Assembly (NCBI RefSeq): GCF_009914755.1
Contig: NC_060934.1
Direction: 5' to 3' (one strand)
Source: the human T2T-CHM13v2.0 reference genome, Homo sapiens
DNA length: 64,000 nucleotides
Shown: one piece after another, positions 15,292-30,317 of the stretch
How positions within the stretch are numbered: position 1 is the stretch's first letter
Layout of the letters: the number at the start of each line of letters is the position of its first letter
The notes under the pieces: model-generated
What the model was told of the DNA's origin: nothing
The model's database searches: none
Seen by the model: only the letters and a program-made list of their open reading frames with translations
Translations under genes and position numbers: made by a program

Positions 15292-16399
15292 GTAAGAGTT
15301 GTATGACAATAACAAAATATTTCATCTGTTGTCATAATTAAGATAAGGAACAGTAACATTTATTAAAGTGAATTCTAATTAGCTCTTTTGGTTGTATGAC
15401 ATAGAAACTTCACTTATGAAAAGTGAATGTACTTTGGGAAGATATAATCAGTGAGGCTCATCAAAATTGAGGAATTTTAACCATTGTACAATAAGTTGAG
15501 CTTTCCTAGAGCTGGAGAACTATCAGGAACCAAAGCCATTTTGTATGCCCCTTTTGGGAGTCTGTGACCATAGCATCTTTTTGGTGCTTCTGTTTTATTC
15601 TCATTTTCTACCCACTTTCCTGAGAGCTCTCCTTTGAGCCATGTGCAGGGGAATATTCCTGTAGTCCTAACTGTTCAGGAGGCTGAGGCAGGAGGATTGC
15701 TTTAGCCCAGGAGTTCAAGGCCAGCCTGGGCAACATAGTGAGTTCCCCTCTCTTAAATAAAAAAGAGTTCCCCTTTGCTTTGTTCCCTTTCCTTCCCTCT
15801 CCACAGAAGTACTTTTGTTCCACTGTGGCTGCTTTAGCTGCCGCTGCAGTCATGGCTGCACTAAATTTTAGCATTGTTTCAGCTTTACCCCTTCCCTATT
15901 AACTAGTACATCTCTTATGTTCCTAACTGTAAATTTTTTCAAGTGGAAGCTCATTGATTTCAGCTCATTGATTTTTTAAAGGTTGGATAGTCATAGTTGC
16001 AGATTAGTCCATAGATTTGCTGTACTCCTGTGTTAATAATAGCAAATATTATTATTAAATAATGTTGTTATTAAAATTTTTAGTTTTTATCTTGAGCACT
16101 TACTGGCCAGGCACTATTCTAAGCAGCTTTTCTTTTATGTAAAATTGTGTATTATGTATAGAAGGAGCAGGACTGAAAAAAAAACTAAACAAAAAATTGT
16201 GCATTATGTATTCTCACAGTCACTTTATGAGGTAGGAATACTGTTGTTCCAATTTGCAAATAAGGAGTCTAAGGCATGGGGTCTGGGTCCAAGGTCACTC
16301 AGCTAATTAAGTGGACAGAGTGAGGCTTTGAATACAGTCAGCTCAAAAACTTGCACTCTTGAGCAGTTTACTATAGTGCCTCTTTGATAGAATTCATTC

Positions 16400-16940
16400 A
16401 TTTGTAAGTGATAGAAATTCAACTCAATTCTCAGTTTCAATATTCAGTTCTCAATATTCAATTCTGTTAGCTTAAGCAAACAGAAAATTCATTAATTCAC
16501 TAACTTGAGAATTTCAGGGGCAGATTGTTGCTTCAGGCCCATCTAGATTACTCTCATTCACTCTTCCTCCCCTTACATAACTTATTGTTACTATTGGGCT
16601 TCAGTCTACAGTTGGTAGATAAGATGACAATGGGCAGTCTCTGGCCCATATTCTCTTAGCTTGGCAACTGTAGTAAACAGATCTTCCCTCTCTCTCATGA
16701 ATATATCAGTACTGGAGATGACTGACTGGCCTTGTTTGGGTCATGCTCCCAAAACAACCTTTGTGGTTAGGGGATTAAGTATTGTGAATAGCTTAACCTG
16801 GTTCAAATGCTTCATTTCCTTGGTGATTATGGGGACACATGATTGGTAGTTCCCCCACATCACCTAGAACAACATGGAGTGAGAAAGGAATAGTGCCCCT
16901 AAGGAAGAGATGTTGGCAAATAAAGTTGAAATGTCCACCA
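16400..16940 (-). mobile_element. Old MLT1-type MaLR LTR (degenerate)
   Basis: tgtaagtgatagaaattcaactc...ttagcttaagcaaa and tgactggccttgtttgggtcatgc motifs. Confidence 0.35.
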
Positions 16941-17155
16941 TATTTTCAGTCTGATGTTCATCTCTTTTCTAATCAGACTGAGTAGGGCAACACAGCCAGA
17001 TCATCAGAAGAGTAGCCCTTCAGGGTCATGTATGTAGAGTAAGCAGAAGGGAATGCTGGGCTTAGTGGGCAGATTGAAAGCACTTTATACAAATGGTAGC
17101 TATTAAGAACTTTTCAGGGTCTCTGTTTTCTAATTTTATTCATTTCTAAATAAAG

Positions 17156-17233
17156 GTTACAGCACCAAGTAAAAAGGCACAATCTAATAGTGGCTTCATA
17201 TGATGTTGTGAGGAATGACATAGATTTCTTTAG
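17156..17233 (+). CDS. BTAF1: BTAF1 coding exon (LQHQVKRHNLIVASYDVVRNDIDFF)
   Basis: aag / gtaaga boundaries; 78 nt; frame continuous. Confidence 0.93.
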
Positions 17234-17368
17234 GTAAGAATTAATTTTTTTTTTAGAAAAATTAATATCAAATTTGAAGACTCTTAATATTTTCCCACTT
17301 TAAAGATTCTTCATATAGTTCCTGACATACAGCAAAAGTTGTAAAATTTTCTATTTATTCTCCCTTAG

Positions 17369-17498
17369 AAATATTAAATTTAACTACTGCATTCTTGATG
17401 AAGGCCATGTCATCAAAAATGGAAAAACAAAGTTGTCAAAAGCAGTAAAACAACTGACTGCTAATTATAGGATTATTCTTTCTGGAACACCAATCCAG
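17369..17498 (+). CDS. BTAF1: BTAF1 coding exon with Walker B DEGH and motif III SGTPIQ
   Basis: NYCILDEGHVIKN...RIILSGTPIQ; tag / gtaatt boundaries; 130 nt. Confidence 0.97.
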
Positions 17499-18145
17499 GT
17501 AATTATTTATTATTATTTTTTTTAATTATTTTTATTTTTATTTTTCATGTTTGCCAGGTGGAGGGTAGGCTTGGTATTTGGCGGTGAATTAAAGAAGATT
17601 TTTTATTGTTGTTATAGTAATGATAATTTTCCAGTATATAATTATTGCCTGCTTAATGGTTCATTGGTAAACAAACCAGGTTTTAAAAGTCATTTTTAAA
17701 ATGTAATTTTAGACTATATAAATAGAAATCTTGTGTCAAAAGTATGAAAGACATAAAAATCAGACTCTACTCCACACTGGCCATTCTCCTTCCATAGTAG
17801 TACACTGCAATCTGATTTAGCATTGAAAAGCTAGAGCTGAGTCAGAGGTGAATCATCATATAGTAGAAGTGTGAATACCTGATGTCAGGAGGAAATTGAA
17901 GGCAAGCGATTGTAGAAGTTTATTTTGTAAAAGGAAGGAGATAGGTATGTATGTATCTTTAGATACTTTTGAGAAATTATCTTGTCCTCCAGAAGAATTG
18001 GTTGCAAATGTTCACATCTAGCTTGGATAGCAAACTTTGGTGGGAAGACCTTGAATCATTCTCAGTAGAGAAGTAGACACCGTGTGACCTCTAAGATTCC
18101 TTCCAACTTTAAAAACTGATGATTCTTTATGTACTTACCTACTCT

Positions 18146-18645
18146 TTCTCTCTCTCCCTCCTTCCCTCCCTCCCTCCCCTCCCCCTCCCTCCCCTCCTGT
18201 CCCCCCTCTCTCCCATCCCCTCCTCCCCTCCCCTGCTCTCCTCCCCTCTCCTCCTCCCCTCCCCTCCCCTCCTCCCCTCCCCTCCTCTCCCCTCCTCCCC
18301 TCCCCTCCTCTCCTCTCCTCCCCTCCCCTCCCCTCCTCCCCTCCCCTCCCCTCCCCTCCTCTCCTCCCCTCCCCTCCTCCCCTCCCCTCCCCTCCTCCCC
18401 TCCCCTCCTCCCCTCCCCTCCTCCCCTCCCCTCCCCTTCTCCCCTCCCCTCCCCTCCTCCCCTCCCCTCCTCCCCTCCCCTCCTCCCCTCCCCTCCTCCC
18501 CTCCCCTCCCCTCCTCCCCTCCCCTCCTCCCCTCCCCTCCTCCCCTCCCCTCCCCTTCTCCCCTCCCCTTCTCCCCTCCCCTCCCCTCCTCCCCTCCCCT
18601 CCCCTCCCCTCCCCCCCTCCCCTCCCCTCCCCTCCCCTCCCCTCC
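18146..18645. repeat. ~500-bp C/T (CCCCT/CCT)n low-complexity tract
   Basis: Almost pure pyrimidine on the + strand; abuts a minus-strand Alu fragment at ~18646-18767. Confidence 0.95.
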
Positions 18646-18648
18646 TAG

Positions 18649-18768
<120 letters not shown>

Positions 18769-18863
18769 TAGTGTTCTGTTCATTAAGTAAACACTGCAGA
18801 TTCTAATAACCGCAAGAGATAATTACAAGCCTTTCTAAATTTATCAAAAGTTTAAAAATGTAA

Positions 18864-19166
18864 GGCTGGGCACGGTGGCTCATGCCTGTAATCTCGGCAC
18901 ATTGGGAGGTTGAGGCGGGTGGATCAATTGAGGTCAGGAGTTTGAGACCAGCCTGGCCAATGTGGCAAAACCCCATCTCTACTAAAAATACAAAAATTAG
19001 CCAGGCATGGTGACGCACGCCTGTACTCCCAGCTACTCAGGAGGCTGAGGCAAGAGAATCACTTGAACCCGTGAGGTGGAGGTTGCAGTGAGCCATGATC
19101 GTGCCATTGCACTGCAGCCTGGGTGACAGAGTGAGACTCTGTCTCAAAAAAAAAAAAAAAAAAAAA
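18864..19166 (+). mobile_element. Alu (S-like)
   Basis: Alu consensus, A tail. Confidence 0.9.
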
Positions 19167-20042
19167 GCTTAAAAATATAATTAAAAGGGAAAAAAGCCTC
19201 TTTAGGCTGAATTATCAAGATTTATTGTGCTTCAATTTGAAGTTATATGGAAACATCATAGTAATTTAAAGTATGTTATTGCTTTTACTTGGTTCAGACA
19301 TCGGAAGAAGTTTTTTGGTTTTTAGTTGTTTGCTTTTTAAAGGCCCTTTCTTTTCCTCTTCCTTACAAAAGCCATGGTGGCCCAGAGTCAGGGGGCAGAG
19401 GCCCTGAGTAGGATTAGAAGTGTGTCCAAATGAGAGGATAGCCACTGAGCAGGGTGAGGAGGGATTCTTAAAGGGGAAGGTGGGTAAAAGGGTACCTTAG
19501 GACCTGCACCTATCAGGAAAGCGTCTGAAATGAAAAAGTGCTGGTTTCTTTTTCTTTTTTTCCATGAAACTTCGATGGTAGAATTGGAAAGAATCTGTGT
19601 CTTTGCATTGTGGCCCATAAATACTGAGTGGGCTTGACTTATAACCAAATTCTAATAGGTTGTTGTTGTTGTTGATGATGAAATGGTGATATTGGCCACA
19701 TTCCTTAAATCTTGCTGTTGAGTGTCAAAATAATCAGAAAGTTATCTTTCTGCTCTTCTATTTAGTACTTCATAAATGCCAACAGTAAATTGTAACACTG
19801 TGGACCAAGGCTTATTCTAGGGAAGGAGACTTGAGGATTTCCCCCAGATAGGATACAATATTCTCTCCAAGGATACTGACCTGAATTTTACACACTAAAA
19901 TAAAGACTTACACCATATGTCTAAAAATATAGTGATAATCTCTCATCTATATGATTATAATAATGGGCTTTCATTAATGTTACTTTTTTAGTTGTAAGGA
20001 AATAATCCCAGTACAAAAGATAATTGGTGTTCCTGTTTACAG

Positions 20043-20184
20043 AACAACGTTTTGGAGCTGTGGTCATTATTTGATTTCCTCATGCCAGGATTTTTGGGTA
20101 CTGAACGCCAGTTTGCTGCTCGATATGGTAAACCTATATTAGCAAGTAGGGATGCTCGAAGCTCCAGTCGAGAGCAAGAAGCAG
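20043..20184 (+). CDS. BTAF1: BTAF1 coding exon (NNVLELWSLFDFLMPGFLG...SSREQEA)
   Basis: cag / gtatga boundaries; 142 nt; SNF2-typical ELWSLFDFLMP. Confidence 0.96.
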
Positions 20185-20274
20185 GTATGAAAGAGATATA
20201 ATTATAACCCTGTGTAAGTGAATATAATTTATTCTTAACTTTTTTGAAGCCATTTTCTCTTTAACTATTAACAG

Positions 20275-20405
20275 GTGTTCTTGCTATGGATGCGCTGCAC
20301 CGCCAAGTACTACCGTTTCTTTTGAGAAGAATGAAAGAAGATGTTTTGCAGGATCTTCCACCTAAAATTATTCAAGACTATTATTGTACTCTTAGTCCTC
20401 TCCAG
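20275..20405 (+). CDS. BTAF1: BTAF1 coding exon (VLAMDALHRQVLPFLLRRMKEDVLQDLPPK...SPLQ)
   Basis: cag / gttagg boundaries; 131 nt; overlaps ORF 20286..20486. Confidence 0.96.
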
Positions 20406-20609
20406 GTTAGGAATCTCGTGTTTATCATTGTTAGTGGTATGTTTATTAGCAGATTGTTTTGTATGAGCCACAAAACTATTGAATAAAGGGGCTTAGCCTT
20501 TGGCTTTATCAGATGCAGATAAAGCCTAAATGATGTGGATATAAGTTTGAGTGTATGCATTTTGAATATAGCATTAAAACAAAATTCAGTATCATAGTTG
20601 CTTTTTAAG

Positions 20610-20901
20610 TTTTTTTTTTTAAGAGACAGGGTCTTACTCTGTCACCCAAGCTGGAGTGCAGGAGCACAGTCATGGCTCACTGCAGCCTCGACCTCCGGGT
20701 TCAAGTGATTCTCCAGCCTCAGTCCCCCAAGTAGCTGGGACTGCAGGCACATATCACCATGCCCGGCTAATTTTTTAAGTTTTGTAGAGACTGGGTCTTG
20801 CTGTGTTGCCCAGGGTGGTCTCAAACTCCCAGGGTCAAGCAGTCCTCCCACCTTGGCCTTCCAAAGTGCTGGGATTATAGGTGTGAGCCACCGTCCCAGC
20901 C
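20610..20901 (-). mobile_element. Alu (J-like)
   Basis: Reverse Alu consensus. Confidence 0.85.
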
Positions 20902-21113
20902 TACAGTTGCTTTCTTTTGTGTCTAGTTAATTGAAAAGATTGCAAGGTATTAAATTGCTAAGGAAATAAGCCAATGTTTATAAAGGCCAAAAATCTGCTT
21001 CTGAATGTTGTCATGCTGTCCTCACAACATTATAGGTATTATTAATCCCCATTTTTGCAAATAAAGTGACATTCAGAAAAGTTACATAGCTTGGCTATGG
21101 TCATAGAGCTAAT

Positions 21114-21420
21114 ACACAATTGTGCAGTGCTAATGGCTTGGGTGATTTCTCAGAAACGCATCATTAGGTGATTTTGTCATTGTGCAAACATCATAGAGTG
21201 TACTTACACACACCTAGATGGTATAGCCAATTGTTCCAAGGCTACAAACCTGTACAGCATGTTACTGTACTGAGTACTGTAGGCAGTTGCAACACAATTA
21301 TATTTGTATATCTAAGCATAGAAAAGGTATGGTAAAAACACAATATTGTATCTTATGGGATGACCATTTTATATGTAGTCCATTGTTGACCTCAATGTCC
21401 TTGTGCAGTGCATGACTATG
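21114..21420. mobile_element. Tigger3-like MITE
   Basis: catcatagagtgtacttacacacacctagatggtatagcc...ctgtacagcatgttactgtactg; ends gtgcatgacta. Confidence 0.7.
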
Positions 21421-22715
21421 TATCAGAGCTGAGTTTTAAACCTTGGTCAGTGGGACCTCACTCATTCCCTTTGAAGTATTATTTCATTACCTAAAAATGT
21501 TCAAAATAAATTTTGCCTTGTGCACAGTTCTGATTTTGTACATAAAGACCATTATTAAAGGAATTTATTTTGAGCCTTTCCTTGTACTTTTCTAAGAATT
21601 AAATGGAAACTGTTCCTTGTCTTAGTAAGACATGGCCTCTGGGTCAGAATTTTCTCTTTGAAAATTTTTTTATGTTCTAGGTTTGTATGTGTCAGTCTAT
21701 CTTACTATTAGGATTTGATTCACTACGGTCAAATGAATAAGAGATATACATACCCAGAAACTTACTTTTCCCCCCTCCATTGTATAGATGGTTAACCTGT
21801 TAACAGGTATTCATCTATTCAACTTGGGCAGGATAAGAAGTTGAGAGTTCTTTGATTCTTCTGTACTATCTGCCTCATCTCTCAGGTCCCTCTTCCTTCA
21901 TTTGCAAAAATTAATATTTCTTGAAAGGAATACATTTTTGAAGTAATGAAATGAAGACTTCTTAAAGTAGGTACAATAAGGAAAAGATGTCATGTGAAAA
22001 AAATCTGTGGTGATTTACTGGTTGTGGTGCTGTAACATAGGCATAAAATGCATTTAAGTAATCAATCTAGAGAAAGCGAGCTCCAAAGAGAAATGGCATT
22101 TTGGCTTTGTTTAGCATTCACAGATTTTTTATTCTCTGATTTCTGTCCTTTAGCTCTCTAGATTTTCTTTTCTTTCACATTATTTTAGCTTGTACAAGAT
22201 AGGAACCCAGACCCCAGCGTAGTACTTTAAAACTTGACATATGTTCCCCTTTTAGGCTAGCAGTAACATTCTTGTAAAATTTGGTGTCTTGAAACATACA
22301 TACAGGGTCTTGATCATGTAACTTCATTTAAGGAAGATTTTTCTCATTTACTTCTAAGAGTTTCTTTTTTTCTTTTTTAAGACTCAGTTTTTCTAAGATT
22401 TTCTTTTACTGGTAATGTATTTATTTTCCTGAACAGTAGAAAAATTGAGTCTTGGACTATTTGACTTGTATTTTTCATATTTTGGCAGCCGAACTTAATG
22501 TGTTCATACTTGTTTTCTAAATGTAATTTTAAAGGAATTTACCAAGATGGAGTGGATAACCTGTAATTCCTATAGTGAATTAGAGATATCACAATTTGTT
22601 TTCATTAATGAGGGCTGATTTAAATTACTGCTGTTATTGGCCTTTGCTGGTTATGTGTTTTGAACAATTGAAAATAAATATACTTAAAGCTTCTCCCACG
22701 GGGGCCATTTTACAG

Positions 22716-22841
22716 GTTCAGCTCTATGAAGATTTTGCTAAGTCTCGTGCCAAGTGTGATGTTGATGAAACAGTTTCTTCAGCTACACTTTCTGAAGAAA
22801 CTGAAAAACCAAAGCTTAAAGCTACAGGCCACGTATTCCAG
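22716..22841 (+). CDS. BTAF1: BTAF1 coding exon (VQLYEDFAKSRAK...ATGHVFQ)
   Basis: cag / gtatag boundaries; 126 nt. Confidence 0.94.
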
Positions 22842-22859
22842 GTATAGATTACATTCTAC

Positions 22860-23150
22860 TTTTTTTTTTTTTGAGATGGAATTTCACTCTGTCATCTAGG
22901 CTAGAGTGCAGTGGCATGATCTCGGCTCACTGCAACCTCTGCCTCCTGGGTTCAAGCTATCATGCCTCAGACTCCTGAGTAGCTGGGAGTAGAGGTGTGC
23001 GCCACCATGCCTGGATAATTTTTGTATTTCTAGTAGAGATGGAGTTTCGCCATGTTGGCCAGGTTGATCTCAAACTCCTGACCTCAAGTGATTCACCTGT
23101 CTTGGCCTCCTAAAGTGCTAGGATTCAGGCATGAGCCACCACGTCTGGCC
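22860..23150 (-). mobile_element. Alu
   Basis: Reverse Alu starting ~19 nt after the exon donor. Confidence 0.88.
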
Positions 23151-23389
23151 CATCCCACTTTTTAAATGTTGAATAATGATTTTTAATGAGGCACTTTTTA
23201 TATGGAATAATAAAATACGGATCTATGTATATTTGTTTCAATATTATGTATACATTCTTGAAAATAAGTTAAAATACCTATTTAATATATCTTAATAAGC
23301 ACTTTAATATTAAAATTAAATGTATAAAATGCAATATATGTTTGTATATTACATGAAAAGAAGGGCTTTAGAATAGAGAATCTTTTGCT

Positions 23390-23760
23390 TTTTTATTCAA
23401 AAAATATTAGAACACCTACTACATGGCAGTAATTTTTCAAAGCTCTGGGATTACTTAAAACAGCAGATAAAACAGACTCCTTCCCTTGTAGAGATGAAAA
23501 ATACTTAGGTATATATTATGTGTAAGACAAAGCCAATAATGTGGTTATAGTGTATCAGAGTCCAGGGTAGGTTGTGGTTTCTTAATCGAGGGGCTAGGGA
23601 CTGCCTCACTGAGAAGGTGACATTTGAGCAAAGATCTGAAGGAGGATTAAGTCATGCAGGTGTATGGGGGGAAGTGATTCCAGGCAGAGGATACAAAAAG
23701 TACAGAAGTCTCAAGTCAGATCATGCCTCATATGCTTGAGAGAATAGCAAAAAGAGGTGG
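23390..23760. mobile_element. L2 fragment
   Basis: cctcactgagaaggtgacatttgagcaaagatctgaagga...ttccaggcagagg. Confidence 0.55.
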
Positions 23761-23879
23761 CAAGTGTCACTTTATCTTTCCCTCTTGAATAGTCCACCAC
23801 AGAAAACCTCCTGCTAATAGATTAAGTACTGTAGCATTTTTAAAGATATAAGAAGGAAAAGATAGTTGTGAAGATCTAG

Positions 23880-24186
23880 TTTTTGTTTTGTTTTGTTTTG
23901 TTTTTTTAAGAGAAGGGGTCATGTTTTGTTGCCCAGGCTGGAGTGGTGGGATCATAGCTTACTGCAACCTCAAATTCCAGGGCTCAAGCGATCCTCAGCC
24001 TCAGCTTCCTAAGTAGGTAGGACTACAGGTGCACACCACCACACCTGGCTAATTTTTAAAAATTTTTTTAGTGATAAGGTCTCACCATGTTGCCCAGGCT
24101 GGTCTTGAACTTTTGGCCTCAAGTGATCCTCCCTCTTCAGCCTCCTAAGTAGCTGGGATTATAGGTGCAAACCACTGCACCTGGCC
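23880..24186 (-). mobile_element. Alu (J-like) with (TTTTG)n tail
   Basis: Reverse Alu consensus. Confidence 0.85.
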
Positions 24187-24429
24187 TCTCCCACAAGTTT
24201 TAATCCTAGTGCTCAGCACTGTCTTGAGCCTTGCCAATGGAGCTTACTAATAAAACATCTGTGTGCCAAGGCTGAGACCCAAATCTTAAGCCAAGTAAGA
24301 GGCAGAAGAGAAAGTGTGGCTGAATCAGAGAAGAGACCATATAAGGTTCTGTTTCACAAACACAACCACTTGAGACAGTCCCCTTCCTTGCTCCCCTCCT
24401 CTCATCTACTGAATCAGAATAATGTGTAG

Positions 24430-24774
<345 letters not shown>

Positions 24775-25158
24775 TGAAGTTTGAGCAACTTTTGTATCCA
24801 AAATGATCCCTGGTTCCAGAAGCATCTGTCTGCATTACCAGGTACTTTGAGTGGGAAAGGGTTTTAAAGAAAACAACTAAGACGCTCAATTTGCCATGGG
24901 AAGCTCATTGTCTGGTGGGGGAGACAGATATAAACAGTACAATTTATACGTGTTGTAAATGTCCGCATAGAAACTGCACAAGAATCTCAAATGAGACATT
25001 TGAACTGGTTCTTGAAGAATGAGTAGAAGTTTGCCGAGCAAGAAGAGGGAGAAAGGCATTCTAAACAGCATAGGAAATAGCATAGGGAAAGATACAGAGA
25101 TAAAAATATTTGTGATATGCGAAATTGACTCATATATACTTTTTTTTTCCTCTTGAAG

Positions 25159-25311
25159 GCATTACAGTACTTACGTAAACTGTGCAACCATCCAGCATTA
25201 GTCTTAACACCTCAACATCCAGAATTCAAGACCACTGCCGAAAAACTGGCAGTTCAGAATTCTTCTCTACATGATATTCAACATGCCCCTAAGCTCTCAG
25301 CTTTGAAACAA
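25159..25311 (+). CDS. BTAF1: BTAF1 coding exon (ALQYLRKLCNHPALV...APKLSALKQ)
   Basis: aag / gtatgt boundaries; 153 nt; SNF2 LRKLCNHP motif. Confidence 0.96.
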
Positions 25312-25429
25312 GTATGTATGTCTTTTAAGTGTTAAATGTGTGTTGTACCCCAGGAATATAAATTCTTGGTAAATTTGCTTTTCTTAAAGATTACTACTGT
25401 GTTTACCATTTATTTTTAAATTTGGTTAA

Positions 25430-26640
<1,211 letters not shown>

Positions 26641-27842
26641 TTTTACTTGGAACTGCATACTCTATCATTTTGCTGATGTCACCCTCTTGGTGTTGCTTTT
26701 AAAAATTAATTTTTAAAAATTCTAGGATTTCAAAAGATTAAGGGAAACAATTTCAAGCACCAAAATGTTAGCACTATGCCATTTAGTTCTAACTACCCTT
26801 ATAAACGAAGATTTTATTGTAAAATCTAGACTTTAGTAATTGTTTTAGCTTGTGGTCAGTAGTTATTCTGGCCTAAAGCTCATTGAGAACAACTAATGAA
26901 TGAAGATTTTAGATTCCACATAGGTTAGTGTGGAAAATGTTATCTAATAGTGTATCTGGCATATATATCCAAATATGTATCCTTACATCACTAAACGTAA
27001 AATGGACTATGAACTTTCACACTGTAAAACTGAAGAATGATTGTTACCTTTAGATATATGGAATGGTTTTCTTGTTTGACCAAACCTTGCTGTAGGTCTT
27101 TATATAGAATGTTCATGGTTTTCCTAACATAGCTAGTATATTAGGTAAAGCTGTAAGATATACTTAGTCAAGGAATCCTCTAATTAGATCTATTTTCAAA
27201 ATAAAAATTGAATTTCATCCATATTTGAATTTTACATAGGTTCTTACAGATTTTTTTTTTCCCAGCAGTTGCTAATTACATTGATCTCTTATTTTAGAGT
27301 GTGCTTCTTGTCACCCTGACACATCTCGAATTAAGATGCTTAGGAAGTCTGCAACTTAAAGAGGCCCAGATTTTTTCTGGCTGTCCTCACGGAAGACTTT
27401 TCTAGTAGCCTTCTTATCCATTTTCTTGGTTCTTTTCAGCCAGAGTGAAGGTTCTGTCTCAGGAAGGATAAATTTATTTTTTAAATCTAAATATGTATAT
27501 GCTGTGAAGTTAGAGGAGAAGTCTTACTTGCTTTCTAAAAATCTGTTGGTAGAAACATGTTTATCAGCAAGTAGTGCTGGGAGAAGTATCTAATATTGCC
27601 AAAGCTAGAATGAAAAATTCCAGGAGGCTGTAATGAAGAACTAAAACTGTAGGTGAAATTAATGGAGATAAGCAGAGTCAGTTTTAAAAGAAAACACTTA
27701 GGTGTATTTTGACTATGTGAGACTTAGCAAATATTTTATATGAGGCAAAGTTGAGTTTGATTTGATGGCAAATTCACTATAAGAACGGTGTGAATTAGTT
27801 GCCAGTAAATAAAACTAATAGGATCTTGGCTGGGATTAATAA

Positions 27843-28221
<379 letters not shown>

Positions 28222-28799
28222 CAAATTTTGAGTTTTATAGTTTTGACCACTACAAGTGGAAGATCAAAATGGTAAAACATCTAGAAGCCATTTAATATGA
28301 GGAATGATTGAAAAAACGGGTAATTTAGCCTATGCTGAAGTTAGGGCAAGATAAAATTGAAATGCTCTCTGGGGTGTCAGCTGACCTCTCAAACACCCAT
28401 TATTAGATGGCCTTGGTAAATATTTGCTAGAGTCTAGTAATCAACTTTTCAAGGCCCTGAACTCGATCAGTCTCTCAGAGCAGACTTGGGTTATAGATTA
28501 GTGAGAATACCAGAGTATCAATTCTGCTACCAGACAGAGATACTTACGTCAAATGATATGTCCACATATTCAGTAGGATAGCTGCACCAGGGAAAGATTA
28601 CATTAGGAAGAATGTCTGGTAAGTATGGTCTTGGAGAAGTCCTAGTTGGATATTCTTAATATAACTGGTTATCTTTAAGGTTTTGACATTGCTGCCTATG
28701 GAACTGAGATAATTGAGTGTGCATGACACAGACATTCTGATAAAATTTCACTCTCTGGAACTCTTATGGGATCTGTATAGGATGTCACACTTATAACAC

Positions 28800-29096
28800 T
28801 TTTTTTTTCTTCTCCTAGAGAGAGGGTCTTACCCTGTCACTCAGGCTGGAGTACAGTGGTGTGGTCATAACTCCAACCTCAAACTCTTGGGCTCAAGCAA
28901 TCCTTTCACCTCAGCCTCCCAAGTAACTAGGACTACAGGTGTGCGCTACCACACCTGGCTAATTTTGTTTTGTTTTTTAGAGATGGGATCTTCCTATGTT
29001 GGCTAGGCTGGTCTGGAACTCCTGGCCTCAAGCAGTCTTCCCACATTAGCATCCCACAGTGCTGGGATTATAGGCATGAGTCACTATGCCCAGCCA
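28800..29096 (-). mobile_element. Alu (J-like)
   Basis: Reverse Alu consensus. Confidence 0.8.
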
Positions 29097-29357
29097 ATAT
29101 ACATTATTTATACTGCGTACCACATAGTCACGTCTCTCCTGAGACACCTTAGATAGGACTTTTTAAAAGAAACAGCTGAATAGTAATTTGATCGCAGATT
29201 TAAGGCAAGATGTAGGGGTAATTACATCGATCAGACTTGTTTATTTGGAGGAATGTCTCCCTAGTATACCATATTCTACTATATAATAAAAATCTCAAAC
29301 TTTAAGGGCTGTTAGGTAGAAGAATGAGAACATGTGTTCTTCCTCAAGCATTGAATT

Positions 29358-29640
29358 GTGACAATAGATGTGAAATGTTGTCTACCAGGGAAGATTATTA
29401 GAGATTCAGTACCCAAAGTTTTTACTGGGGGCTGGTCACATATACTCCCTTTGCCTAGCATGGATCAAAATTCCAGACCCTCAGAAGGCAGGTTTCAGCC
29501 TAAATCATATTATTTGCACAGTAGTTTAGGCACAGTAAACTATCATTACCAGTTAGGGACTGATGGGAAGACTCCTAAAATCCAGGTTCCAAATTTCAAC
29601 CTTACGAAGAGGACTTTCTGAGGAAAACAGTGTCCTTTTC
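29358..29640. mobile_element. MER21-like LTR fragment
   Basis: aaagtttttactgggggctggtcacata...aattccagaccctcagaagg resembles the MER21 consensus. Confidence 0.45.
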
Positions 29641-29783
29641 TATACAACATCCTAAGTGTTTTACATTGAGTTTGGAGTTTGCCTGGATGGCCTTTTGGTT
29701 ATCTTTCCTATCAGAGCTTTTGGTGTTTTGAGTAACTTCTGTTAGTAGAAAGGAGAAATCATCCTGCATGAAGATCTTAGATT

Positions 29784-30071
29784 GGCCCGGTACAGTGGCT
29801 CACGCCTGTAATCCCAGCACTTTGGGAGACTGAGGCAGATCACCTAAGGTCAGGAGTTCGAAACCAACCTGGCCAACATGGCGAAACCCCATCTCTACTA
29901 AAATTACAAAAATTCACTGGGCGTGATGGCAGGCACCTGTAATCCCAGCTACTCAGGAGGCTGAAGCAGGAGAATATCTCGAACCTAGGAGTTGGAGGTT
30001 GCAGTGAGCCAAGATCACGCCACTGCACTCCAGCCTGGGTGATAGAGGGAGACTCTGTCTCTAAAAAAAAA
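29784..30071 (+). mobile_element. Alu (S-like)
   Basis: TSD aagatcttagatt at 29771-29783 and 30070-30082. Confidence 0.9.
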
Positions 30072-30085
30072 GATCTTAGATTTTG

Positions 30086-30317
30086 TTTTTGCAACCTCCG
30101 CCTTCAGGGTTCCAGCAATTCTCCTGTCTCAGCCTCTCAAGTAGCTGGGACTACAGGTGCATGCCACTACACCTGGCTGTTTTGCATTTTTAGTAGAGAC
30201 AGGATTTCGCCATGTTGGCCCGGCTGGTCTCGAACTCTTGACCTCAAGTGATCTGCCTGCCTTGGCCTCCCAAAGTGCTGGGATTACAGGTGTATAAGCC
30301 CCCACTGCCGGCCCAGC
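30086..30317 (-). mobile_element. Alu with 3'-proximal deletion
   Basis: TSD tcttagattttg at 30074-30085 and 30318-30329. Confidence 0.88.
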
